Both the position numbers and the translations under genes were made by a program. DNA of 64,000 nucleotides. Source: a virus. Lineage: Duplodnaviria; Caudoviricetes. Shown piece by piece: positions 1-9,539 of this stretch (positions are counted from its first letter, which is position 1; each line of letters starts with the position of its first letter). Below the pieces are notes generated by a model, which was given only the letters and a program-made list of their open reading frames with translations, was not told the DNA's origin and did not search any database. The DNA is taken from IMG/VR virus record IMGVR_UViG_3300011242_000002, positions 160,001 to 224,000 of that record; one strand, 5' to 3'.

Positions 1-5
1 AGTGG

Positions 6-488
6 GTGCGTTACCACACGAGCCATACCCAGTATGGTTTTATGTATGCCGGGACGGGCTTTGACTTTGGTAACTGGCTGGTGCGGTTGTCAAACGGCGA
101 GATCTACGTTTACACCGATGCCTTCCTGAAGATGTTTGCCGCGTCGCTGCCGGCCTTTAAGGCGGCGGGTTTGATTGCTGATGATCTCGACAACCCGCAA
201 GGGCTGGCGCGCTTTACCACCGCCTTCACGGAAGACACCGTGCTGATCTACGTTAAGCCTGATTTTGACGACGGTAACGACAGTGGTGAGATCGTGGTGC
301 TGGAGCGCGCACCGCACCGTGATCCGCTTACCAACATCATTGATCCACATCGCACCTGGGTAATCCTTGCCAGCGAGTACTTAAGCGGGCAGGTGGTAGA
401 AGGCGCGCGCTTGAGCGTGTTTACCGATCTGTTAAAAGCAGCCCGTATCGACTACCGCTTAGGCAGCCGGGGCCCCGAAACCGTGTAA
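6..488 (+). CDS. hypothetical protein, probably 5'-truncated by window edge
   Basis: Open frame from the window start, followed by a terminator hairpin at 495-524. Confidence 0.6.
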   Translation: MRYHTSHTQYGFMYAGTGFDFGNWLVRLSNGEIYVYTDAFLKMFAASLPAFKAAGLIADDLDNPQGLARFTTAFTEDTVLIYVKPDFDDGNDSGEIVVLERAPHRDPLTNIIDPHRTWVILASEYLSGQVVEGARLSVFTDLLKAARIDYRLGSRGPETV

Positions 489-494
489 CTATCC

Positions 495-524
495 GACCTG
501 GGGGTAACCTCAGGTCTTTATGCC
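495..524 (+). terminator. hairpin plus TTTATGCC flank
   Basis: GACCTGGGG-GTAA-CCTCAGGTC then TTTATGCC. Confidence 0.7.
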
Positions 525-555
525 AATCTATCCTTAACTTTAACGAGAGACTTGT

Positions 556-804
556 ATGGAAAAAATATTAGAGATTGTGCAGATCGGTGCACTTAGCCAG
601 CGCTATGACCTTCCTGAATGGGCAAGGAATGCAATCACCGTTCTTGGCGGACCGGGTTTTGTTGTGCGTGATCAGCAGTTCCACTGGTATGACTACGTGG
701 TCAGAACCGAGTTCTACGGTGTGAAGGGGATGAAACGTGAAGACGTTAACATCATGGCCCACAACGGCAACGTGATCAACGCCATTGAAAGGAGCTGCAC
801 ATGA
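556..804 (+). CDS. hypothetical protein
   Basis: 82 aa; ATGA overlap with next ORF. Confidence 0.65.
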   Translation: MEKILEIVQIGALSQRYDLPEWARNAITVLGGPGFVVRDQQFHWYDYVVRTEFYGVKGMKREDVNIMAHNGNVINAIERSCT

Positions 805-1214
805 GCATCCGTGACCCACTGGCGTGGCTGCGTGAACACCAACCCGGTGATCTGTATCCAGAGATCACGTTGATTATTACCCATGGGGTGCACGACCACC
901 GCATGAGTCGTAAACGGGTCAATACTTTTACCAAGAAAATGGTCCATGGGTATAACGCGGTGATCGACTGGTTGGAAAAGTCCCCGGTCTATGTTTGGCC
1001 GTATGCCGAGATCACCCTCCCCACTGCAGATAATCCGGGGGTGACGCTCAAAGTCGCCATTGACTGTGCAGCGGTGGCTGCCTTGCGCGTCGATGGAGAT
1101 GACACGTCAACCTATTATCACCTCGCTATTAAAGTGGCCGAAACATTGGAGGCGCTGGCTGCTCACGTAAACGCACAGACTCAAACCTGTATCTTCATTA
1201 ACGGCGCCAAATAA
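801..1214 (+). CDS. hypothetical protein, paralog of 1224-1754
   Basis: GGAG RBS; shares the WLEKxxxYVxPxAE motif with the next ORF. Confidence 0.7.
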   Translation: MSIRDPLAWLREHQPGDLYPEITLIITHGVHDHRMSRKRVNTFTKKMVHGYNAVIDWLEKSPVYVWPYAEITLPTADNPGVTLKVAIDCAAVAALRVDGDDTSTYYHLAIKVAETLEALAAHVNAQTQTCIFINGAK

Positions 1215-1223
1215 GGAACCCGT

Positions 1224-1754
1224 ATGAAAACCTACGCACAAGATCCGATCGATTACATCCGTGACTTCCGCTTCGCCATTTACCAACCCAACCCGGGTTC
1301 GTCGAAAGGCCCGAACCGCAAAGAGCAGGACCTGCTTATTCGCCTGACCGACGTGACGGGTAGCGGGGCTACCGAGGTGGCGATTCCGCACGCCAACTAC
1401 ACGGTCGTGAAGCATGTCGCTGCCTGGCTGGAAAAACAGGCCTTCTATGTATTCCCGCTGGCGGAGGTGATTACCGGTGAAACCCACACCTGGATCAATC
1501 TGCAGGTAGCCGGGACGGATATCCAATTCGGTTCCGTTAAAGCCCAGCTGGAGGCGCTGCTCGGACACGTTGCACCAGTGACCCAGCGGATTGCTGATGG
1601 TTGTGTCAAGATTATTCCCTCACGTGCGGAGCGTGAAGCAATGAGCCAGCCGGGGTACAGTCAACCTGGTACGTTGGGGCGACAAGACAGTCGTGCGCCA
1701 CAAAACTGGAACAAAGGTGGCAACAACGGTTCCGGCGGTAATAGCAACTGGTAA
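1224..1754 (+). CDS. hypothetical protein with G/N-rich C-terminal tail
   Basis: AAGGA RBS; WLEKQAFYVFPLAE; tail NWNKGGNNGSGGNSNW. Confidence 0.75.
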   Translation: MKTYAQDPIDYIRDFRFAIYQPNPGSSKGPNRKEQDLLIRLTDVTGSGATEVAIPHANYTVVKHVAAWLEKQAFYVFPLAEVITGETHTWINLQVAGTDIQFGSVKAQLEALLGHVAPVTQRIADGCVKIIPSRAEREAMSQPGYSQPGTLGRQDSRAPQNWNKGGNNGSGGNSNW

Positions 1755-1784
1755 TATCAACCTAACCATAGCGAGGGATTCCCT

Positions 1785-2537
1785 ATGAAAAGCAATGAAC
1801 AATTTGCACGTAAATGCCTTTCCAACTTACCGCGGTTACGGGGTCGTAATTTCCGTATCGTCCTGGTTGCTAAACGCACCGTACGTCCGATGTATATCAA
1901 ATCTTCGTCTGAAGAGCAGCTGATTGCGTTCTTTAATCTGTTCCAAAGCTTCATGATCGACAACGATTTGTTGGCTACACCGACGATGGGGGAAGAGGAT
2001 GATCTGTTCGTTACCTTCGCTCCGTTCCAGTTCCACGTGGGTAACTACGCGCATGCCGCACCGGTTGACTTCCTGGAAGCGATCGTTAGCGAGTTCTACT
2101 TCCACTCGGTAGTGGGTGAGAATGCGTATGCTAACACCGTTAAATCAGCTAATGTAGATCTTGATGAAGAGATCACGCGCCGTCTGCAGGTCCCTCTTCT
2201 CGAGTTACGTCGGGGTGGCGTGATTCCAATGCAGGTTCGTCGTTACATCCCTGGACCAAGGGGATTTAACAAGAATAGCAAATATCACACTACGAGCTGG
2301 GCGAGCTGGGGTAGAGAAACGGCGGGTGAAACCACACTGATGGATTTGGAGAAAGAGCCTCATCTGGTAGTGGTAGTCAAGCCTTGGGCTGCGAAGAACG
2401 ATCCTAAACATGGTCGCGATGATCTGAGATATGCATTAAGCATTCCAGAATTCCTGGCTTACGCTGAACGTAAGAATCTGTCAACCGGCCCTGTCAGTTG
2501 GGAAGGTGATTTTACAATCAGTCGTATAAAGGACTAA
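1785..2537 (+). CDS. hypothetical protein
   Basis: 250 aa, GAGG RBS, followed by terminator. Confidence 0.75.
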   Translation: MKSNEQFARKCLSNLPRLRGRNFRIVLVAKRTVRPMYIKSSSEEQLIAFFNLFQSFMIDNDLLATPTMGEEDDLFVTFAPFQFHVGNYAHAAPVDFLEAIVSEFYFHSVVGENAYANTVKSANVDLDEEITRRLQVPLLELRRGGVIPMQVRRYIPGPRGFNKNSKYHTTSWASWGRETAGETTLMDLEKEPHLVVVVKPWAAKNDPKHGRDDLRYALSIPEFLAYAERKNLSTGPVSWEGDFTISRIKD

Positions 2538-2540
2538 GAT

Positions 2541-2586
2541 CGGCATAAGAGGAAGGGTTAACGCCCCTCCTCTTTTTTTTTTGCCG
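2541..2586 (+). terminator. intrinsic terminator with CGGCATAA 5' flank
   Basis: GAGGAAGGG..CCCCTCCTC followed by a long T run and GCCG. Confidence 0.75.
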
Positions 2587-2588
2587 GC

Positions 2589-2614
2589 CAAACAAGGTCG
2601 TTCTTCGAACGACA
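2589..2614. repeat. 26-bp hairpin element, copy 1 (identical to 12747-12772)
   Basis: CAAACAAGGTCGTTCTTCGAACGACA; stem GTCGTTC/GAACGAC. Confidence 0.9.
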
Positions 2615-2912
2615 AAGATAATTCTAATGAGCTAGTATTACGCTACTTATCTGCTTACTTTTATAGCAAGGTTTGGAACCCTTGCCCCGAGCGTATATTC
2701 GATCGAGTGAATGACAGGAATGAATCTGAACGAAGTGAAGATGAATGAATGGCATGAATGAGGAGAATAGAAGAGCGAGTGAGGAATGAGTCTCTGACGA
2801 ATGACATCTCCAGATACTACTAGGGAAGTGGGGGACCGGGGGCAGTGGTTGGGAATATTCTTTTATGCTGGTTAAATCGTATAGATCATCCTTACACTTA
2901 ACCGGTGAACTT

Positions 2913-3062
2913 ATGCAGGAAATACTTTTATTCAGTAACGGCGTAACCGTATTACCGCCTGTCAGGATCGTTTCAACTCGACTTCATTATATTGCTGCTC
3001 AATTCAGACCCTTTAGAATTGCCAGTGCTCGCTTATATTACATTACACCTAACGGGGGTTAA
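2913..3062 (+). CDS. 49-aa MQEILL-type small protein (module 1)
   Basis: MQEILLFSN...; paralog of 4147-4305; stops 1 nt before the next ATG. Confidence 0.7.
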   Translation: MQEILLFSNGVTVLPPVRIVSTRLHYIAAQFRPFRIASARLYYITPNGG

Positions 3063-3063
3063 C

Positions 3064-4122
3064 ATGGCATTAGTGTGGGCGTGGACCCCAGATCATCTTT
3101 ACCAAAGTGCGTGGTGGGGCGGTGATGCTGCCGCCAACCTTAATCAACTATACCCACGCGCTAATAACGTAACCGACAGTAGCTGGATGTTGTTTGATGC
3201 AATCAGCACGCTGCGGTTATCGTACAACACCGTCTTAGGCCGTAACGTACTGCGGTTTAGTTCAGGTGCGACCCAAGCTACAGCCTGCATGCAGATTAAA
3301 CCTCGTACCTTTGGTTATACGAAAGGAAAGCTATGGATTTGCCTGCGTATGCTAACCAACACCGTGGCTAACTCAACCACCAACACGATGTTACAGATAA
3401 AGACAACGGACGATGGTGCATGGGTTAACCTGTATCGGGCGAAGGCCTCGTCACAGTACATGGTAGAGCTGGAGTGTAACTTCGACACTAACAAGTTAAA
3501 CGTGTGGATTAACGGACAGTTATCGGCAAGTGACTGCAGCCTATCAGGGGTGAACGTGGGGTCGTTCTCCAATGCTGCTGGTGTGTCTGTTATAGGCGGA
3601 AATACTTACGGTAACGCTATTGGCTTTACTGATTTCTATATGGCCTATGACGCACCTGACGACCCTAACCCAACAGGGCGGCTAGGTGATATTAAGATTG
3701 AATCGCTGCAGGTAGCGTCCGTGCTGAATGCGCCGGGGTATACCTACAGCGTTGATGGTAGCACCGGTGAGAGCGCACTTAAACCCGTGCTGAACCAGAC
3801 CCTAAGTAACCCCACCACCCTGATACCGGCCGTTGTCTCTCCTAACAGTGAGACCGCCATGGACCTGACCTTTACGCCACCGCCTGACAATACGATCATC
3901 CTTGGGGTGATCGCCAGTGTAATGGTGAACGCCCTAGAGACATCACAAACAGGATTGTCTATCACCTACAACGATAACAAGTCTGCAATACATAACAACC
4001 TTAACAACACGGTTAACCGTAGTGTGGTACTGCCCATCGATAAGCCCAGCAGTGGTGGGGTGTGGACAACGGCCGAAATTGGTAGTGCAGTTATTTCCAT
4101 TAAACCAATCAAAGCCTTTTGA
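3064..4122 (+). CDS. putative virion/tail-associated beta-sandwich (lectin-like) protein (module 1)
   Basis: Beta-rich S/T/N composition; paralog of 4305-5348 (WxPDH, TDxYxA, RLG, PIDKP..W..AE.G). Confidence 0.6.
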   Translation: MALVWAWTPDHLYQSAWWGGDAAANLNQLYPRANNVTDSSWMLFDAISTLRLSYNTVLGRNVLRFSSGATQATACMQIKPRTFGYTKGKLWICLRMLTNTVANSTTNTMLQIKTTDDGAWVNLYRAKASSQYMVELECNFDTNKLNVWINGQLSASDCSLSGVNVGSFSNAAGVSVIGGNTYGNAIGFTDFYMAYDAPDDPNPTGRLGDIKIESLQVASVLNAPGYTYSVDGSTGESALKPVLNQTLSNPTTLIPAVVSPNSETAMDLTFTPPPDNTIILGVIASVMVNALETSQTGLSITYNDNKSAIHNNLNNTVNRSVVLPIDKPSSGGVWTTAEIGSAVISIKPIKAF

Positions 4123-4146
4123 CCTACTTTAGATGAGGAGACCTGT

Positions 4147-4305
4147 ATGCAGGAAATTCTGTTAATGGGGAATAGTGAAAGGCCCCAGGATGAAAACAAG
4201 ATCAAACTGATCTCCACCCAGTTGCTGTATGCGGTGCAAGACAAGGACCCGGTACAGTTCATTAGCGTGCAATTACTGTATGCTGTACGAGAGGAAAACA
4301 TCTAA
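4147..4305 (+). CDS. 52-aa MQEILL-type small protein (module 2), absent from ORF track
   Basis: GAGGAG RBS; MQEILLMGN...ISTQLLYAV...ISVQLLYAV; TAATG overlap with next gene. Confidence 0.75.
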   Translation: MQEILLMGNSERPQDENKIKLISTQLLYAVQDKDPVQFISVQLLYAVREENI

Positions 4306-5348
4306 TGCGCATTATCGGCTTATGGAACCCGGATCACCACACTGGGGTGGTTAGTAACAACTCGACGTTCACGCCCAACACCTCAGCATTGTACATTAAC
4401 GACACGGTACCCACTAACCTCTTAAGCGCGACGGTCAGTAATGGAAAACCCTCTAACTGGGCGTGGTATGTCATGCAGGCCCTCGGACGTAACTGGTTGC
4501 GCATTCTCCCCACTGTCAGTTCCAACCCCCCTATCACCTACTATACGCTGTGTCCGGCGTTAAACGCCAGCCAGTATACCGAGCTGCGGGCACAGGGCGT
4601 GAAGCGGGTCTATTATGGGCTACGGGTTTACGCGATGTCGGTGAAGGCGGGCGCTTACCTAATCGTCGTGAGCGGTTCCCAATATTTCCCTATCACTACC
4701 GGTAACGTTTACTTTGTTGAGGCAGTCATCAACCTCGAGGACAATACCCGCACAATTTACGTCAATGGCGCAGTGGTCCCCATCCCTGTAGTGAACGATT
4801 TGGTGGCAGTCGGCAACTACAACAGCTCCATGCTCTCGGGATCAAGCCACAGTTTTGGTGTTACCGATTACTATTTTGCAGCCAGTGAGGCCAGCGATAC
4901 GGTGTTACCGGCACGCTTGGGGAAGATGACAGTGGGCACAGCCCTGCCGGTCAGCACCAGCAACGACAGCAAATTTAAAGCCGTAGGTCGATTTAACATC
5001 GTTGACACTTTGGCACTTGCACGGGCTATCCAGGCACCCAACTACCTTTCTGACTACGTGGAGTCGGACTCTAACGGCAGCAAAATGGATGTGATGTTTG
5101 CAGCCCCGACGGCAGGTAACGAAATCTTTGGCGTCACCTTACGGGTGGCGGGGATGAAGGATCCGGCGGCACAGGCCTTTGCTCGCGTGGATTACGGCAG
5201 CGGGATGAAGAACGTCAGTATCCCGAATACCGACAGCACCCTAACGCCTTACTATCATCCTTTCCCGATTGACAAACCCACCAACGGCTGGAGCGAAGCC
5301 GAGCTGGGTAAGATCACCGTTAAGCTCTGGAGTGAACGTACTGTGTAA
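4305..5348 (+). CDS. putative virion/tail-associated beta-sandwich protein (module 2)
   Basis: Paralog of 3064-4122; next to tailspike gene. Confidence 0.6.
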   Translation: MRIIGLWNPDHHTGVVSNNSTFTPNTSALYINDTVPTNLLSATVSNGKPSNWAWYVMQALGRNWLRILPTVSSNPPITYYTLCPALNASQYTELRAQGVKRVYYGLRVYAMSVKAGAYLIVVSGSQYFPITTGNVYFVEAVINLEDNTRTIYVNGAVVPIPVVNDLVAVGNYNSSMLSGSSHSFGVTDYYFAASEASDTVLPARLGKMTVGTALPVSTSNDSKFKAVGRFNIVDTLALARAIQAPNYLSDYVESDSNGSKMDVMFAAPTAGNEIFGVTLRVAGMKDPAAQAFARVDYGSGMKNVSIPNTDSTLTPYYHPFPIDKPTNGWSEAELGKITVKLWSERTV

Positions 5349-5352
5349 CCTG

Positions 5353-5396
5353 GGTTCCTCTTCTCTTCGGGGGAGAGGAACCTGCCTTTATGCCGG
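5353..5396 (+). terminator. hairpin plus TTTATGCCG flank
   Basis: GGTTCCTCTTCTC-TTCG-GGGAGAGGAACC then TTTATGCCG. Confidence 0.7.
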
Positions 5397-5506
5397 CCAG
5401 ATACTATGAATTACGAAGATAACGGTAATAAACAATGATGGCAGAACGAGTGGGTTTATGGTTTTTTCGTTAAACCCATAACAGAAACACCGCAGATAAA
5501 GGCAAC

Positions 5507-8500
5507 GTGATGAGTTTAACAAATAACTTTAAACACTTCTCTGAGCTGCCCATAGAGACAGAGATAACTAAGCGATTAATGGTGCCGGTGATCCAACGGG
5601 TATCAGAGATCGGCGCAAGCGAAACTGTATATGAAAACGTGCTGGTCCCCGCAATGGGGCTGGCGGCCGGCGTTGCCACCCACGCCTTTGACAGCGTGGC
5701 TGCAATGATGGCGTGTGATGACCTGACCCCCGGTACCGTGGTGTCGACCCGGGGCTACTTTAAACCGCTGGGACACGGTGCGGCCACCTACGACATTTGG
5801 GATTTGGACGCCTACCGTGCCTTGATCAACAACCCGGGCTGGCTACCCGATGGTGAAGAGATCACGGTCAACGGCCTGCGTTACTACGCCGGTGGCGACC
5901 ATATGCTGCGCAACAACTTGGTGGCGATCCTGCGCTTTAACGCATTGTGGGCCGGTCAGCTGGGGCTACCCGATCCGGTAAAGGACGAGGCGGAATACAT
6001 TGCTAAACGCCTGCACCACGATCACGGGATGCAGAAGGCCGTCGATTTTGCCAAGCGCGTGACCAGCGCCGGCGACCGCTCGGCAACCAGCACCAACGGT
6101 ATCGGCACCCACCGCAACATCATGCTGCATATCGAACCGGGCAACTACGTGCTGACCCACACCATCTGGATCCCGGGTTCGGTGCTGCTGGTTGGTGGCT
6201 CCATGTGGGGGACCGGCGGGCGCTACGTTGACTTCATTCCATTGAAGGCCGAACACGGCGGTTCGTTGATCAACTACGTGCGGGGCTACACCTTCATCTG
6301 GAACGGCAACCGCTACTGGCCGGGCACCGAAGAGATCCCGATTGGCGCAACCCCTGCCGAGTCCATTTATTCCGCACCGTATGTCGGTGGGATGAGCGGG
6401 ATTTCCATCAACAACTACGAAACCAGCTACGGCATGACCGACGGGGTAATCGACTACTACAAGCCGAACTACCTCAAAGGTATCAAAGGCTGTATGGTCT
6501 TTGGCGGCGCGATCTTCCACTCCTGTAACGGCGAGCGCGTGTGGATCTTTGCCCACCGCCCCGGCGTGGACTGGCTGGATTACTATACCGACGGCTGGGT
6601 GATCAGGGACTACAAGTGTAACACCCCGTTTGAGAACGAAGAGTACCAGCTCGACTTCAACGGCTCGGGCGACATCATTGATATTGATGGCGTGCAGTTC
6701 CCGGTCACCGTGGAGCTCTCGGACCCGAACGAAATGTGGGCCAAGGGCGAATACCTTAACGGGCCGCCGAAGGGGATCCGTCTGCACAACTGGGCCAGCT
6801 GGGACATCAAGCCACCGGGCGAGGGTGGGTCCAACGAGCAGATCTCCTACGTCGGTGCGGGGATGCGTATCCAGCGCGTGATCAACGGCGTGATCGACAT
6901 CTACGGCTACCGGCAGGTGCAGATCGAAGCCTCGCACTTTGAGTTTGGCCAGATCATCCTTAACCAGGGTTCTGCCTCCGTGGCCGACTGCTACTTCTCG
7001 AAGAACACCAAGATGGCCTACAACTCCATCGAGTGTCGTCCGGGCTTCTACGGCGGCATTGGTGCGGATCTGTCGCTGAAACGCTGTGAGTTCCACCGTG
7101 GTTTTGACGGCAGTCACCTGCCGGTAGAAGACGGCTACTACGACCTGGTGATCAACAACAACTTCACCGTGGTTATTGAAGACTGTTTCCAGGGCTGGGA
7201 TACCGCGGACTCTAACCAGAAGATCGGGATCACCGTCGGGCTCTATAACAAGAGCAACGACAACGTGGTCACCATCACCCCGTTACCGGGCTGGGATCGC
7301 TGGTCAGCGTACCTGTCGCAGGGCTGCACCATCGTGCGTGGTAAGATGTCGGTACAAACACGGGAAACCATGTGGGGTGGTTTCGAAGGGGTGCAGGAGG
7401 TCAACTGTACGCCGTCGAACAACAAGCGCAACTTTGACATGCCGGCTAACACCACCTACTACTACTTTGCCCAGTTCCTGGTAGACCCGGGCGATGATAC
7501 GGTCGCCCCGGACTTCATCCCGCTTGGGCGTAATCAGCGTGAACGCTTCGTGCTGGATGCGCAGGGCAACCCGACCACCGAGCGCTTTGAAGCATCCTGC
7601 TTCGTGAAACCCAACGTGCTGCACGACGACGGAACCAACCCACCGTACGAAAGCTACTTCCGTCCAGTAGCGTATTTTTACGGCGAGGATGAAACACCGG
7701 ACATCTCCACGATTCGTCTCTACCGCGGGACCTCACCGATGCAGTACGATGAGTACGTCGATCTGCCGATGATGAGCCGTGCGGCCATTGACGATTACGG
7801 AACCACGGTGTACGGGCGCAAGTGGAAGCCGAACCCGGTCGCGAAAGACACCAACCCGGATCTGACGCTGCGCAAACGTAACGTGCTGCCGGTAACCGGT
7901 AACGATCTGACCAGCTACACGGTCAAGATGCGTGCGGGTTCACCGTTAGCACTGACCGTCGATCGCGGGACGGATTACTACAACCGTCAAGAACTCGAGT
8001 ACATCGGCACGGGTGGTTGGTCGACCAACGCCGGCACGGCGGTCATTCGTGCATCCAACACCGGGGTGAACGCCGCCGACGAACAGGCCATGGCATCGAT
8101 CTGCATCTTTGACCGTCTGTTTACCACCGACGTTTACGTAAACCTGCCGGTGACCGGTGCACCGAACTGGGACGGCAGTCGGACCCTGAAGTATAAGAAA
8201 GGGGCGCGCTCCGATATTGTTCGCTCTAAAACCACGGCCCCGGAAGACGAGGATGCCACGGTCTACGATCTGATCGTGCAAACGGAGCTGCCGGGTGGGA
8301 TTGTAAAAGAGCTGTACCGCATGCTGCCCGGCGAAACGGTTACGGCCTTTTACGACGAGAAGGACGTGCTGCAGCCGGACGGTAAGACCTACCTGCCGGT
8401 CGGTGAGTGGATCATCGTGCGCGGGACCTTGAGCACCAAGGCCGACTCGGAACACCACTACATCGATGCGGAAGCGGGGGGTTACTACAACCTGCTGCCG

Positions 8501-9475
8501 GACGGGATCCATGAAACCACCATCAACTACAACTACGCTAACACCACGGAAGAGATTTACGCCGGGGTGCCGTTTAAGGCGAAGGTGGGGTCGCGGGTCA
8601 AGATTGTCCGTGGGGCGTTTAATAACGGCGATCTGAACGTCCTGGTGAAGGTCAGTGAAGACGTGCAGGATTCGATCATCAACATTCCGGTGGGGAACAA
8701 TACCACCGAGCTGGTGAAGAAGGCTTCGGGCTGGGTGATTGAATCGCAGATCAACGCGGTCGATACCAAGGTCAATTTACTGGGCACGCAACAGTATGCT
8801 GACCTGACGCCAGAGTCTGGGATCCTGAAGTACTACTGCATCCTGAACCAGCCGTTACCGGCACTCGAGGACAACCAGTGCATCTATCGCTTAACCCACA
8901 GCGTCAAGGGGCGAGCGGTACCACCAGGCAGCTACGTGCGGGTGTATCGTGACGTGGGGGCAACCTACGACGGCGAGCTTGACATCATCATTCGCCAGAC
9001 CGACGATGATGATAACGTGCAGGCGGTGTTAGCGAACCTGATTGTGCCAGGCCAGTGGGTGGATCTGATCTACGACGGCAGCAACTGGTCACAGGTGGGT
9101 AGCAACAACGCAGCCGGCAGTGGCAGCGCAGGCGGTGGGGTCGCAACGGCGAGCAATACCTACGTCATTGTGACAACGGATTGGACCTACTACGACGCTG
9201 ATACGCTGGCGCAGGGACGGTTGTTCTTGGACCACCGGTTTGCACCGGCAACCACCACGGCTGAAACGGGCCTGACGTTTGATGTCGATGCGGCGGTAGG
9301 TAGTGAAGTGTACATCAAGACCACGCTTCCTCGAGGGGTACTCGTATTGCAGACTTCAGAGGGGGAGATCAAGCGCATCACCAAGGCCGGGGTCACCCAC
9401 ATGATCAAGGTCGCTGAAGGCGGTGCACCGAGCGCGTGGTTTGTGATTGGCACTCACGCTATCCAGGCACAGTAA
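5507..9475 (+). CDS. tailspike / polysaccharide depolymerase-like receptor-binding protein
   Basis: 1322 aa; TRGYFKPLGHGAATY tailspike N-domain motif; LHIEPGNYVLTHTIWIPGSVLLVG pectate-lyase-3-like beta-helix start; beta-rich C-terminal domains. Confidence 0.7.
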   Translation: MMSLTNNFKHFSELPIETEITKRLMVPVIQRVSEIGASETVYENVLVPAMGLAAGVATHAFDSVAAMMACDDLTPGTVVSTRGYFKPLGHGAATYDIWDLDAYRALINNPGWLPDGEEITVNGLRYYAGGDHMLRNNLVAILRFNALWAGQLGLPDPVKDEAEYIAKRLHHDHGMQKAVDFAKRVTSAGDRSATSTNGIGTHRNIMLHIEPGNYVLTHTIWIPGSVLLVGGSMWGTGGRYVDFIPLKAEHGGSLINYVRGYTFIWNGNRYWPGTEEIPIGATPAESIYSAPYVGGMSGISINNYETSYGMTDGVIDYYKPNYLKGIKGCMVFGGAIFHSCNGERVWIFAHRPGVDWLDYYTDGWVIRDYKCNTPFENEEYQLDFNGSGDIIDIDGVQFPVTVELSDPNEMWAKGEYLNGPPKGIRLHNWASWDIKPPGEGGSNEQISYVGAGMRIQRVINGVIDIYGYRQVQIEASHFEFGQIILNQGSASVADCYFSKNTKMAYNSIECRPGFYGGIGADLSLKRCEFHRGFDGSHLPVEDGYYDLVINNNFTVVIEDCFQGWDTADSNQKIGITVGLYNKSNDNVVTITPLPGWDRWSAYLSQGCTIVRGKMSVQTRETMWGGFEGVQEVNCTPSNNKRNFDMPANTTYYYFAQFLVDPGDDTVAPDFIPLGRNQRERFVLDAQGNPTTERFEASCFVKPNVLHDDGTNPPYESYFRPVAYFYGEDETPDISTIRLYRGTSPMQYDEYVDLPMMSRAAIDDYGTTVYGRKWKPNPVAKDTNPDLTLRKRNVLPVTGNDLTSYTVKMRAGSPLALTVDRGTDYYNRQELEYIGTGGWSTNAGTAVIRASNTGVNAADEQAMASICIFDRLFTTDVYVNLPVTGAPNWDGSRTLKYKKGARSDIVRSKTTAPEDEDATVYDLIVQTELPGGIVKELYRMLPGETVTAFYDEKDVLQPDGKTYLPVGEWIIVRGTLSTKADSEHHYIDAEAGGYYNLLPDGIHETTINYNYANTTEEIYAGVPFKAKVGSRVKIVRGAFNNGDLNVLVKVSEDVQDSIINIPVGNNTTELVKKASGWVIESQINAVDTKVNLLGTQQYADLTPESGILKYYCILNQPLPALEDNQCIYRLTHSVKGRAVPPGSYVRVYRDVGATYDGELDIIIRQTDDDDNVQAVLANLIVPGQWVDLIYDGSNWSQVGSNNAAGSGSAGGGVATASNTYVIVTTDWTYYDADTLAQGRLFLDHRFAPATTTAETGLTFDVDAAVGSEVYIKTTLPRGVLVLQTSEGEIKRITKAGVTHMIKVAEGGAPSAWFVIGTHAIQAQ

Positions 9476-9477
9476 GA

Positions 9478-9532
9478 CGGCATAAAAGGTGTACCTCTCC
9501 CACACGGGAGAGGTACCCTTTATTTATGCTGA
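9478..9532. terminator. bidirectional terminator between convergent genes
   Basis: CGGCATAA..GTACCTCTCCC-ACAC-GGGAGAGGTAC..TTATGCTG. Confidence 0.8.
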
Positions 9533-9539
9533 TCGAGGA

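Noticed and set aside
2705-2805. GAAT-type repeats as a CRISPR array or iterons
   Set aside because: No constant-length repeats with unique spacers; units are irregular
5966-7117. 383-aa minus-strand ORF
   Set aside because: Antisense shadow of the tailspike gene
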